A DNA stretch of 63,818 nucleotides from an uncultured Candidatus Saccharibacteria bacterium (GCA_964581035.1 CAZOLO010000004.1:1-63818), one strand, 5' to 3'. Shown: positions 54,093 through 62,705, counted from the stretch's first letter. The notes: generated from the letters alone by a model not told the origin. A program made the numbers and translations.

Positions 54093-56218
54093 TTTTCAAT
54101 CATGATTAATTTATCTTCATTGCCAGGTAGTGAGCCCCAGATTTCTTCTGTGATAAAAGGCATAAAAGGGTGAAGAGCTTTTAGTTGTTCCATAAGAAGA
54201 TGAAGAAGTGTGTACTTTGCAGAGTCTGTCATGCTATTTTTTAATTCTTCGATTACCACGTCGGCAAACGTGTGCCAGAAGAAGTGATATAGCTTTTCTC
54301 CTACAAGATAAAACTTGAATTCTTCCATTTCCTTTGTTATTTCTTTTACTAGCTCTTCCCATTTATCAATAAACTTTTGGTGGCCTTCTTCTATTTCTGG
54401 CTTTGAGTCCATATTGAACCCTTCTGTATTTTCAAGTACGAATCTTGTTGCATTCCAAATTTTATTTGAGAATTTACTGTAAGCTCGAATCTTATCTTCA
54501 GATAAACTAACATCTTGTCCTGGTCCAACGCCCACAAGCATAGCCATTCGTAGGGCATCAGCTCCATACTTGTCTATTGTGACAAGTGGATTGATTGCAT
54601 TTTCTGGCTTAGACTTAGACATTTTTTTACCATTCTTATCTAATACCATTCCATGCATGTAAACAGTCTTAAATGGAATTTCTCCCATAATATATGTACT
54701 CATTAAAATCATTCTTGCTACCCAGAAAAAAACAATATCATGACCAGTTTCAAGAACTGATGTTGGGTGGAATGTTTCCAAGTCTTCAGTCTGCTCCGGC
54801 CATCCAAGAGTAGAGAATGTCCAGAGACCAGAAGAGAACCATGTATCTAAAGTGTCCTCATCTTGAACCCAATCAGATCCTTCAGGAGCTTCTGTTCCGA
54901 CGTATATTTCATCCCCTTTGTACCAAACAGGTATCTGGTGCCCGTACCATATCTGACGAGAAATATTCCAATCTTTAAGTTTTTCAATCCAGTTAAAGTA
55001 AATTTTTTCAAAACGTTCTGGAATAATCTCCACCCCAAGGTCACTTACAGCAGAAAGCATTAGTTCTTTTAGGCTCTTGTTGTCTCTGTCCGCAATTGGT
55101 TTATTTACATCAATCCACCACTGTAGCTTTGGAAGGGGTTCTATGATTGCTCCAGTTCTTTCAGACACAGATACATTTTGATCAATATCTTCTTCTTTTT
55201 CTAGAAGACCTGACTCTCTTAACTTACTTACAATTATCTCCCGCGCTTCTAGAACTTTTTTACCTTCGTAGTCAGGGTGGTCAATAATTATTTTTGCGTA
55301 TTCATTGATTACTTGGATTTTTTCTAATCCATGCTTTTCTGCGATTGCCCAGTCAATCTGTGAGTGAGAAGGGGTAACTCCAAGAGCTCCAGTTCCAAGC
55401 TCTGAATCTACATCTTCATCGGCAATAACTTTGATCTTAAGAGGTACTCCCACGAAGTTTACTTCGAAAGTCCTACCAACATATTCTTTGTATCGTTCAT
55501 CGTTTGGGTTTACAGCTACGGCAGTATCCCCAATTTTTGTTTCAGGTCTTGTTGTGGCGATAGTAATAGGGAAGTCAGCGCTGTATTTGAAATAGTACAT
55601 CTTTCCTTTTCTTGGCTCGTGATTAACCTCGTCATCAGAAACAGTTGTCTGGCCTTTTGGATCCCAGTTTACAATTCTGTCACCTCGATAAATAAGTCCA
55701 TCGTTGTACATTTTTGTAAAAGCGGTGTAAACAGCTTTGTGTCTTGCATCATCCAATGTGAACGCTTCTCGAGACCAGTCCAAAGAAGCCCCCATCTTTT
55801 TTAGTTGGGTTGTTATTGTACTGTGTGATTCTTTTGCAAAAGCATCTACTTTTTCTAAGAAAGCTTCTCTTCCTAAATCACGCTTATTTATTTTTTCTTT
55901 CGCTAGTTGCTTAACTACCACAGACTCTGTAGCGATAGCGGCGTGATCTGTTCCAGGTAGCCAAAGTGTTTTCTTTCCTTGCATCCGTGCAAAACGAACC
56001 ATCGTATCTTCGATAGCGAGCATCATAGAGTGTCCAGTGTGAAGAGTTCCAGTCACGTTTGGTGGGGGAAGCACAATGGAAAAAGGCTCTGCATCTACTG
56101 CACATACTCCATCTTCAGTACATTTATCAGGATTAAAGTATCCTGATTTTTCCCAAGTTGCGTAGATATTATCCTCGACATCTTTTGCGCTGTAAGGCTT
56201 TAGAAATTTATCGTTCAT
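54077..56218 (-). CDS. valS: Valine-tRNA ligase, short form (713 aa, no C-terminal coiled-coil extension)
   Basis: PPPNVTGTLHTGH (HIGH), KMSKSKPEN (KMSKS). Editing-domain motifs TTRPETKIGDTAVAVNP and GTGALGVTPSHS. WNISRQIWYGHQIPVW. Confidence 0.92.
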   Translation of the reverse strand: MNDKFLKPYSAKDVEDNIYATWEKSGYFNPDKCTEDGVCAVDAEPFSIVLPPPNVTGTLHTGHSMMLAIEDTMVRFARMQGKKTLWLPGTDHAAIATESVVVKQLAKEKINKRDLGREAFLEKVDAFAKESHSTITTQLKKMGASLDWSREAFTLDDARHKAVYTAFTKMYNDGLIYRGDRIVNWDPKGQTTVSDDEVNHEPRKGKMYYFKYSADFPITIATTRPETKIGDTAVAVNPNDERYKEYVGRTFEVNFVGVPLKIKVIADEDVDSELGTGALGVTPSHSQIDWAIAEKHGLEKIQVINEYAKIIIDHPDYEGKKVLEAREIIVSKLRESGLLEKEEDIDQNVSVSERTGAIIEPLPKLQWWIDVNKPIADRDNKSLKELMLSAVSDLGVEIIPERFEKIYFNWIEKLKDWNISRQIWYGHQIPVWYKGDEIYVGTEAPEGSDWVQDEDTLDTWFSSGLWTFSTLGWPEQTEDLETFHPTSVLETGHDIVFFWVARMILMSTYIMGEIPFKTVYMHGMVLDKNGKKMSKSKPENAINPLVTIDKYGADALRMAMLVGVGPGQDVSLSEDKIRAYSKFSNKIWNATRFVLENTEGFNMDSKPEIEEGHQKFIDKWEELVKEITKEMEEFKFYLVGEKLYHFFWHTFADVVIEELKNSMTDSAKYTLLHLLMEQLKALHPFMPFITEEIWGSLPGNEDKLIMIEKWPKA

Positions 56219-56268
56219 AAATCAAACTATATCAAATTGAACCTTTTAAATCAAAGTAAATAATTATA

Positions 56269-56296
56269 TTGACATAGTCGTAATAATGTGTAATAT
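56269..56296 (+). promoter_or_regulatory. Candidate strong promoter (TTGACA, 16-nt spacer, TAATAT, with TG just upstream of the -10)
   Basis: Consensus -35; the -10 lies 20 nt upstream of the ATG at 56317. Confidence 0.45.
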
Positions 56297-56316
56297 TAAG
56301 AAAAATTAAAATTTGT

Positions 56317-56763
56317 ATGATGAAATACAATAGAGAAAGAAGTACAAAAGTTACATTAAGCCTTGACGAGGTTAAGGATATTTTGTTTAAAGGTTTCGAT
56401 GATAAAATTCTTTCAAAACTTATACTTTCCTATAACCATGAAGTTTACCCAGTATTGAAAATTGACGGGAGAGACATAAGTGATGAGGAAAACCAGAAGA
56501 TTGAAGATCATCTCAAAAGTATTCTAGAAAATGGAATTATCCCACCTCAAGCACAAAGTATTTCAATTGAATCCTCAATAAAAGATTTGGATATTTCAGT
56601 GAGGTGTATAAACTGCTTAATGGCCGCAGAAATTGACACTATAAGAGACCTTGTTTGTCTGACTATGAATGATTTACTTAAAATTACAAACTTAGGTAAA
56701 AGATCTGCAGAAGAAATCAGAAGTTCTTTGGAAGAAAAAGGGTTATCTTTAAGTAAGACATAA
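56317..56763 (+). CDS. Stand-alone protein with an RNA polymerase alpha-subunit C-terminal-domain (alpha-CTD)-like HhH module
   Basis: The C-terminal 65 aa, IKDLDISVRCINCLMAAEIDTIRDLVCLTMNDLLKITNLGKRSAEEIRSSLEEKGLSL, follow the alpha-CTD pattern (L.LSVR..NCL....I.TI.DL......LL...N.G.KS..EI...L...GL.L). Confidence 0.7.
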   Translation: MMKYNRERSTKVTLSLDEVKDILFKGFDDKILSKLILSYNHEVYPVLKIDGRDISDEENQKIEDHLKSILENGIIPPQAQSISIESSIKDLDISVRCINCLMAAEIDTIRDLVCLTMNDLLKITNLGKRSAEEIRSSLEEKGLSLSKT

Positions 56764-56777
56764 AAGAAGCACAATCA

Positions 56778-56808
56778 CCGCTAGCGATATTTCGCTGGCG
56801 GTTTTTTT
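56778..56808 (+). terminator. Terminator (CCGCTAGCG-ATATTT-CGCTGGCGG then TTTTTTT)
   Basis: 9-bp stem plus a 7-T run. Related in sequence to the hairpin at 58665-58693. Confidence 0.75.
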
Positions 56809-56845
56809 ATATAAAAAATCCCGCCACAATTGTGGAGGGATCTGG

Positions 56846-57430
56846 TTACTTGGTAACATAATTTTTCCTAGCTTCCTCGAAACTTTCACGAGTACACTCA
56901 TAAACAACCGCATCATGGTATTCTCCAGCTTTGAAAACTTTTCCTTTGAGACGAAAAAGCTCCTGATAGCCACACTTTTTTAGACTACCGTTACTTCTAC
57001 CATTAAAGGCCCATGCTTCGGAATAGATCAGACGAAGCTTTAGAGTGTTGAAAGCGTAGTCTAGGAGCATCATTTTTGCTTCGCTACCTAGACCTACCCC
57101 AACAAGCTCTTCATATCCAATTAGTGACCCAGTTGTTGCTGTTCTACTTACCCAGTCAATCTTTCCGACACCCATTGTGCCAATAAGCCTGTCTTCTTTG
57201 AGATAATGGATCCCAAAGACTAGATTTGTTGGAAATTTCCCACCAGATCTGCTACTCCGTATGAATGCTATTTCATCATCGATAGTTTTAGGGGTTAGCT
57301 GAAGAGTGTTGAATCTAGCTAGATCACTATGAACTATTTCAAGTAGGGTAGAGGCATCATCCTCTATAAGGGTTCGTAGGGCTACTCGTTCACCCTTTAG
57401 GAAAATTAGATTACTGTTTTCATGGTACAT
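56846..57430 (-). CDS. GNAT family N-acetyltransferase (RimJ/RimL-like)
   Basis: LRTLIEDDASTLLEI N-terminal pattern. Acetyl-CoA motif region IGYEELVGVGLGSEAKMMLLDYAFNTLKLRLIYSEAWAFNGRS. Confidence 0.8.
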   Translation of the reverse strand: MYHENSNLIFLKGERVALRTLIEDDASTLLEIVHSDLARFNTLQLTPKTIDDEIAFIRSSRSGGKFPTNLVFGIHYLKEDRLIGTMGVGKIDWVSRTATTGSLIGYEELVGVGLGSEAKMMLLDYAFNTLKLRLIYSEAWAFNGRSNGSLKKCGYQELFRLKGKVFKAGEYHDAVVYECTRESFEEARKNYVTK

Positions 57431-57695
57431 AAGTTTAAGTTAAACATAAAAGAACAAATCGCCCCCATGATGGAGCGATTCTTAATGTCTTTTTGGTTAT
57501 AGAAATAGATTCTTATATAAACACATCAAATATCGCCCCAGCATGAGTTGGGAATAGTGAGCCTGTAACGGCGATATTCATACATTGTTTATGTAATTTA
57601 TACATATTTTATTTATATCATGTTAAACATATATGTCAAACATAATTACTAGTGATTTCATTATTTCTAGTGTAATGTGATAAAAAAGAGAAAAC

Positions 57696-58106
57696 ATGAA
57701 AAATTCAGAAAGTGTAAGAAGACCTTTTAGTTACTGGTTATGGTTCATTCTCGGTTGTGACATGAATTATTTGATTGGTCCAAAAGTTTGGTTATGGGGT
57801 AGAGGAATTAGTAAAAACACTTTTACTAGAGTGTATGACCAGAATTTCAAGCTGTTATGGTCTGTAGATCACTTGATAATCCTTAATGGAGATGTGACTG
57901 AAGCGTACATCGAGTACACAGAAAGAAAACCAGGTAAATTTGCATTTCAGATTACTCTAAAAAATAAGTTATCTAGATCAAAAAAGGTCTGGTTTGTTGA
58001 TGTTAACAATAAAAGAGTTTCTGAAGTTGTAGAAACATATACAGAGTTTGGGGATAATGATTACGCAACAGTATATGGTGTTCATTCTGGAGACAAGGCT
58101 AAATAG
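57696..58106 (+). CDS. Hypothetical protein (136 aa)
   Basis: ORF preceded by TGTAATGTGA and followed by a hairpin terminator (58120-58147). Confidence 0.5.
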   Translation: MKNSESVRRPFSYWLWFILGCDMNYLIGPKVWLWGRGISKNTFTRVYDQNFKLLWSVDHLIILNGDVTEAYIEYTERKPGKFAFQITLKNKLSRSKKVWFVDVNNKRVSEVVETYTEFGDNDYATVYGVHSGDKAK

Positions 58107-58171
58107 TATTCTCAAAAACCACTAGCAAATTTGCTGGTGTTTTTTTATTTTATTGTAATGTGAGGTAAAAG

Positions 58172-58636
58172 TTGATTATCATGAAAGATCTAGAATTAAG
58201 AGAAAAGTACACGAAAGAGCTTGCTATTGAAAATTACAATCATTCTGAAGATATTCAAAAGATAAACACTGTTCATAACAACAATCTTTGGAAGATATTT
58301 GAACCAGTACTTAAAAGAATCCAAGAATTAACACCAGATCATCTAAGAGGGAAAGTTGATTTGTATTTCAACTTTGAACAAGAGGAGAAAAAGAGTCATT
58401 TCAATTTGTATACTTGGATGAAGGATTCCGTCTTCTCCACTATTGGGATGATTCAAATTAGAAATCATAAATTCTCAAAAGATGATCTTGAAGAGATATC
58501 TGATGCTTGGAAAGACTTCATTGTTTTCAACACAGAGTATCATTCAATTCATGTGGTTCCTTCAGAATTTTCAAGAAAGAAAAACAAAGAAAACCATGAA
58601 TGGTTTATGGAGATTATAAGACATGTTAATTCATGA
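58172..58636 (+). CDS. Hypothetical protein (154 aa)
   Basis: ORF preceded by TGTAATGTGA and followed by the hairpin at 58665-58693. Confidence 0.5.
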   Translation: MIIMKDLELREKYTKELAIENYNHSEDIQKINTVHNNNLWKIFEPVLKRIQELTPDHLRGKVDLYFNFEQEEKKSHFNLYTWMKDSVFSTIGMIQIRNHKFSKDDLEEISDAWKDFIVFNTEYHSIHVVPSEFSRKKNKENHEWFMEIIRHVNS

Positions 58637-58638
58637 AA

Positions 58639-59823
58639 TTAATTGGAGTTAAGTTTCCAGTTACCGTCAGCGATTATTTCGCTGGCGTTTTTTATATTTC
58701 CACTTAGCGCTTGGAAGTATCCAGCGATTCCAATCATCAAGGAATTGTCTGTGGCTAATTCATGTTTTGGTAGGAGTAGAGTTGCATAATCAGGCAGAGC
58801 TTCTTTGAAACTATCCTTTATAAAGGAGTTTGCAGCTACTCCACCTGCAATAATAAGTGTGTGGCATCCATACTCCTCGAGAGCTTTCAATGTTTTCTTC
58901 AATAGCACCTCAGTCACTGCGGTTTCAAACTCTTTTGCAAAAGAGGCTCTAATAGAATCATCTGTCATATTTAGTTTTTGAGAAAGATAAAGAGCAGCGG
59001 TCTTGATTCCAGAGAAAGAGAAATTATAATCTCCAGAATGAAGCATCGGACGGGGAAGAGATACATCTTCTCGAAATTCTCCCTTGGATGCTAAAGATGA
59101 AATTTTTGGTCCACCTGGGTATTCTAGATTTAAAATACGACCAACTTTATCAAAAGCCTCTCCCACAGCATCGTCCAAAGTTTGACCTATGGTTTCGTAC
59201 GTAAGCCAGTCCTTCATCAACACAAGCTCAGTGTGTCCACCAGAGATAAGGAGTGATAGAGCTGGGAACTGGAAGTCTTTCATTTCGAGAGCTTTATAAG
59301 AATCTTTTTCTTTGTTGTCGATAAGCACAGATAATAAATGGCCTTCCATGTGATTCACAGGTATGAGTGGAATACCCCAGGCTATATTTAGCGCTTTGGC
59401 AAAAACTATTCCAACCCAGAGTGCTGGCTCAAGACCTGGCCCTGTGGTTATTGCTATATAGTCAAAATCTGGCTTAGGAAGCTCCTCAAGGGTTTCAGTT
59501 AGTCGATTATACATTTCTGGTTCACGTTCTAGGAGTGTAAGCATTTGGGCCTTTTGATGGTCAGTTATCAATAGATCACCTCCAGACATTCCAGCTTCTG
59601 AGAAAACTTGACCCAGAATCAAAGGTAGGTTTTTAGCATGCTCTCTTTTGGCTAGAGCAGGGAAGACACCTCCGTATTCTTTGTGAATATCAATCTGACT
59701 GTGGACAATATTTGCTAAGACAGAAAAAGATGGATTCTCGAATCCTCCATCAGCATTCAATATAGATATAGCAGTCTCGTCACAGCTGGTCTCTATAGCT
59801 AAAATCTTTAGTTTCTTTGACAT
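58639..59823 (-). CDS. tsaD: tRNA N6-adenosine threonylcarbamoyltransferase TsaD (Kae1/Gcp family)
   Basis: ILAIETSCDETAISIL, VNHMEGHL metal-site motif, LLISGGHTEL, DDAVGEAFDKVGR, GGVAANS. Start set to ATG 59823 (MSKKLKILAIE). Confidence 0.92.
   Translation of the reverse strand: MSKKLKILAIETSCDETAISILNADGGFENPSFSVLANIVHSQIDIHKEYGGVFPALAKREHAKNLPLILGQVFSEAGMSGGDLLITDHQKAQMLTLLEREPEMYNRLTETLEELPKPDFDYIAITTGPGLEPALWVGIVFAKALNIAWGIPLIPVNHMEGHLLSVLIDNKEKDSYKALEMKDFQFPALSLLISGGHTELVLMKDWLTYETIGQTLDDAVGEAFDKVGRILNLEYPGGPKISSLASKGEFREDVSLPRPMLHSGDYNFSFSGIKTAALYLSQKLNMTDDSIRASFAKEFETAVTEVLLKKTLKALEEYGCHTLIIAGGVAANSFIKDSFKEALPDYATLLLPKHELATDNSLMIGIAGYFQALSGNIKNASEIIADGNWKLNSN
58665..58693 (+). terminator. 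Terminator of the 58172-58636 gene, embedded in the 3' coding end of convergent tsaD
   Basis: CGTCAGCG-ATTATTT-CGCTGGCG then TTTTTT. Confidence 0.6.
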
Positions 59824-59898
59824 ATTTAAAAGTCTAGTACAAAAGACAATACTTGCAAGTTTTGTTCTCTTGAGTAAGATTAAGAAAAACTGAACAAA

Positions 59899-60372
59899 AT
59901 GCAAAAAAAGAACGTTGTGCTTATTTTAGAGTGTGAGGGGCATGTGGCCAAAGGTAATGAAAAGTGTTACCAGGTTTCAGGTTTCAATGATTCAATAAAA
60001 GGGGTGCTTCAGCTGAGCCTTTCCACTGATCTATCTTGGGGTATTTCCTCCTGTGGTTCTTTCTACTATGAAGTAGTTAGAGATTTTGTTAAAAGGAAGA
60101 TTGCTGAATATGAATACAAGGATGTATGTGGAATACTTCTAGTTTGGCCTGGTTATCCATCAATTTTAAAAGATGATCTTAGGCGAGATTTCCCAAACAC
60201 CGAATTGATTGCTTTAGATCAAAAAATACCACATAAGCACTGTTGTCAAATAAGTCTAATAAAAGACAATGACAACAGAACTTACTATACAATGAGTAAT
60301 TTCAGAATAAGAAAAGACTTTGAAATTCTTACAGGAGACAAGGATTTGTCTTCTGGTCCGAGCCTAAATTAG
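59899..60372 (+). CDS. Hypothetical protein (157 aa), first of three loosely similar tandem genes
   Basis: ORF whose last codons lie inside its own terminator hairpin (60357-60386). Confidence 0.5.
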   Translation: MQKKNVVLILECEGHVAKGNEKCYQVSGFNDSIKGVLQLSLSTDLSWGISSCGSFYYEVVRDFVKRKIAEYEYKDVCGILLVWPGYPSILKDDLRRDFPNTELIALDQKIPHKHCCQISLIKDNDNRTYYTMSNFRIRKDFEILTGDKDLSSGPSLN

Positions 60373-60446
60373 GCTCGGATTTTTATTTTGACCATAACCA
60401 TTTTTAGAGTATGCTTAAATAGAATAAATCTTAAAAACCAAAAGCT

Positions 60447-60905
60447 ATGGATATTTACATATTTGGAGTTATTAGGAATGATTTTGATGATGAAATCTAC
60501 AGCATAACGGAGGTTTCAGATGAAACTAGAGAAGTTTTGAATCTAGTCAACAGTGAAGGTATGTATAGCACTGCCCAACCTCTAATTTTCGATGATTTGG
60601 AGAGTGGCGCAGAAGATTTTGTTTCTGACCTGTATACAAATGGATACAAGAAAGGTTGCATATTTCTGTTTGAAAAGGATATGGAAAAATTCCTTGAAGA
60701 GCTGCAAAAGCAATTTATATACTCAACAGAAAAGCCAGATATCTTTTTCTGTAGGGAGGGCCCGTACTCAGTCCCTCTCTATGTCCAAAATGACGACATT
60801 GACGAAGATGGCCTAACTCTAATTGTAGACCTCGACTCTGTGGAGACTGTAAATCAAATACATATATCTGCTTTGAGAGATAGATGTAGAAACCCCTCAA
60901 ATTAA
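60447..60905 (+). CDS. Hypothetical acidic protein (152 aa), second of the tandem trio
   Basis: ORF followed by a hairpin. Weak similarity to its neighbours (CIFLFEKDMEKFLEELQKQF versus NIFLYYGDADIFTESLEKYL). Confidence 0.5.
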   Translation: MDIYIFGVIRNDFDDEIYSITEVSDETREVLNLVNSEGMYSTAQPLIFDDLESGAEDFVSDLYTNGYKKGCIFLFEKDMEKFLEELQKQFIYSTEKPDIFFCREGPYSVPLYVQNDDIDEDGLTLIVDLDSVETVNQIHISALRDRCRNPSN

Positions 60906-60977
60906 TCCGGCCATTTTGGTCGGATATTTAATTTGCTTTTTTATTTTATCTGGTTAATATGAGAAAAAAAGAAAGCC

Positions 60978-61454
60978 ATGCTTAATATAAAAATCTTTTC
61001 TGTTGAAGACTCCGAAAAAGAGATTGAGGGCTTTACTGTCTTAAATGTCCTAGATCTAAGTGCGGAAACTCTTGAATATTTTAGAAAGTCTATTGAGAAT
61101 AATAATTCCCTAGATACAATTGCACCAGCTGTTTATGAAAGTTTAGATGAATCTGCTATGCACATTTCTGAAAAAATAGCAGAAGAAACGCACCTAAAGG
61201 AAGTTAATATATTCCTATATTATGGAGATGCCGACATCTTCACAGAGTCTCTAGAAAAATATTTGAACTTCAAAAGTATTGAAGCTAAGATATCTGAGCA
61301 AGAAGATGGTTCTTATATGATGCATTTATGTATATCCTTCGATACAGATAAGGAGACATACTTGGATTTTACCTCATTTGAACCAATGGATCATCTGGAT
61401 CCAAAAGTTCTTGAAGATAAGTGTGGTAACCCCAAATTACCTGGGCTCAATTGA
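60978..61454 (+). CDS. Hypothetical acidic protein (158 aa), third of the tandem trio
   Basis: ORF whose last codons lie inside the terminator hairpin CCTGGGCTCAATTGAGTTCAGG plus TTTTT. Confidence 0.5.
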   Translation: MLNIKIFSVEDSEKEIEGFTVLNVLDLSAETLEYFRKSIENNNSLDTIAPAVYESLDESAMHISEKIAEETHLKEVNIFLYYGDADIFTESLEKYLNFKSIEAKISEQEDGSYMMHLCISFDTDKETYLDFTSFEPMDHLDPKVLEDKCGNPKLPGLN

Positions 61455-61524
61455 GTTCAGGTTTTTAATTTGCAAAATCACCCCATTTAGATTAATCTTC
61501 ATTTGAATCAAACGTAATTTAAAT

Positions 61525-62409
61525 ATGAATACACAAAAAGAGAATCTCCTTGTGGGATCAAGAGTGCTTTTATGCAAAATTCACCGAATTTTCTTTGATC
61601 ATGGTTTTAAGGATATGGAAATAGAGTGGGCAATATTTACAGGTTCTGCGGGTCCTTCTATGACAGATCTAGAGAAACTAGGAGAGATAAGTTACTCTGA
61701 GTTTCAATACTTTCCTCAGCCTACAGTGGATGGTCATGCTGGAGTAATTCAGATTATGAGGCACCCCTCAAAAGAGAACCGAGCTGTTCTAATTTTCCAA
61801 GGAAGAAAGCATTTTTACGAATGTGAGAATATCCAAGAAGTGGTCTTCTTTGCTAGGTTGGCTGTTAGCATGTGGATAAAGAACATTATTTTCACAAATG
61901 CTGCAGGTGCTCTAGAGGCAAATGATGCAGGGAAGATAATGGTGATAAATGACACAGGGAAGTCAGACCTAATGAACCCTCTATTGGGTCAAGGTGGTGA
62001 CATGAGTTTGTTTAAGAATTCAAGATTTCTTTCTACTACCCAGCTTTTAGATTTGAAGTTTATAGATTTGGCTACCGACATCTTGCATAAAGAATTCAGA
62101 GATGACTCTGCGTTGTCAGGGCCTTACCATGCTAATACTGGCCCAGACTATGAATCTAGGATTGAAGTGGAGAGACTAAGAAAGCAAGAATTTAGAGCTG
62201 TTGGAATGTCCACGGTTCCAGATCTTCTTGCTGCAAAAAGTATGGACAAGAGAGTTAGGTTAGCTGCTTTCTCAATGCTTACCAATGCTTGTATTGGTTG
62301 GGAAGAAGAATCAGAAGATGAGCCAAATCACGAAGATGTAATGAAGGTCTCTAAAGAAAGAGACGATGTATTTTCAAAATTCATAACTAGGTTTCTTGTA
62401 GAAGCATAG
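61525..62409 (+). CDS. Purine nucleoside phosphorylase family protein (PNP/MTAP, PunA-like)
   Basis: VDGHAGVI, FQGRKHFYE, IIFTNAAGAL, GPDYESRIEVERLR, AVGMSTVPDLLAAK, all matching the trimeric PNP family pattern. Confidence 0.82.
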   Translation: MNTQKENLLVGSRVLLCKIHRIFFDHGFKDMEIEWAIFTGSAGPSMTDLEKLGEISYSEFQYFPQPTVDGHAGVIQIMRHPSKENRAVLIFQGRKHFYECENIQEVVFFARLAVSMWIKNIIFTNAAGALEANDAGKIMVINDTGKSDLMNPLLGQGGDMSLFKNSRFLSTTQLLDLKFIDLATDILHKEFRDDSALSGPYHANTGPDYESRIEVERLRKQEFRAVGMSTVPDLLAAKSMDKRVRLAAFSMLTNACIGWEEESEDEPNHEDVMKVSKERDDVFSKFITRFLVEA

Positions 62410-62420
62410 TCTTTGCAAGA

Positions 62421-62446
62421 AAAAAGCACCCAATGGGTGCTTTTTT
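62421..62446 (+). terminator. Terminator (AAAAAGCACCC-AAT-GGGTGCTTTTTT)
   Basis: Hairpin plus T-run 12 nt after the PNP stop. Confidence 0.75.
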
Positions 62447-62593
62447 ATTTTATGGAGAAGATATTGCATGGTTTATTTAAAGTGGTATACTATTTTCCGT
62501 TAGATATTATATATTTAACTTCTAGGCCCTATCGTTAAGTAAGCAAAAGAGCAAAGCGATTATTGCGCACTTATGCCGTCACCAAAATATAGC

Positions 62594-62646
62594 GAGAGAA
62601 TCGAACATATATTTTGAGTAGACAGGCCATACGGGTACCGTTAGAC
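62594..62646 (-). pseudogene. Degenerate tRNA-Glu-like fragment in inverted orientation (D-arm-like GTCTAACGGT and T-arm-like GTTCGATTCTCT at tRNA-like spacing)
   Basis: The minus strand reads GGGTCTAACGGTACCC...ATGTTCGATTCTCTC. Blocks of 10 nt and 12 nt are identical to the adjacent tRNA-Glu. The anticodon and acceptor stems do not fold. Confidence 0.4.
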
Positions 62647-62705
62647 CCTCTGATCATTTTAGAAACAAACGGTTACGAAAGTGTAAAAACCTAACTAAAT
62701 ATCAT

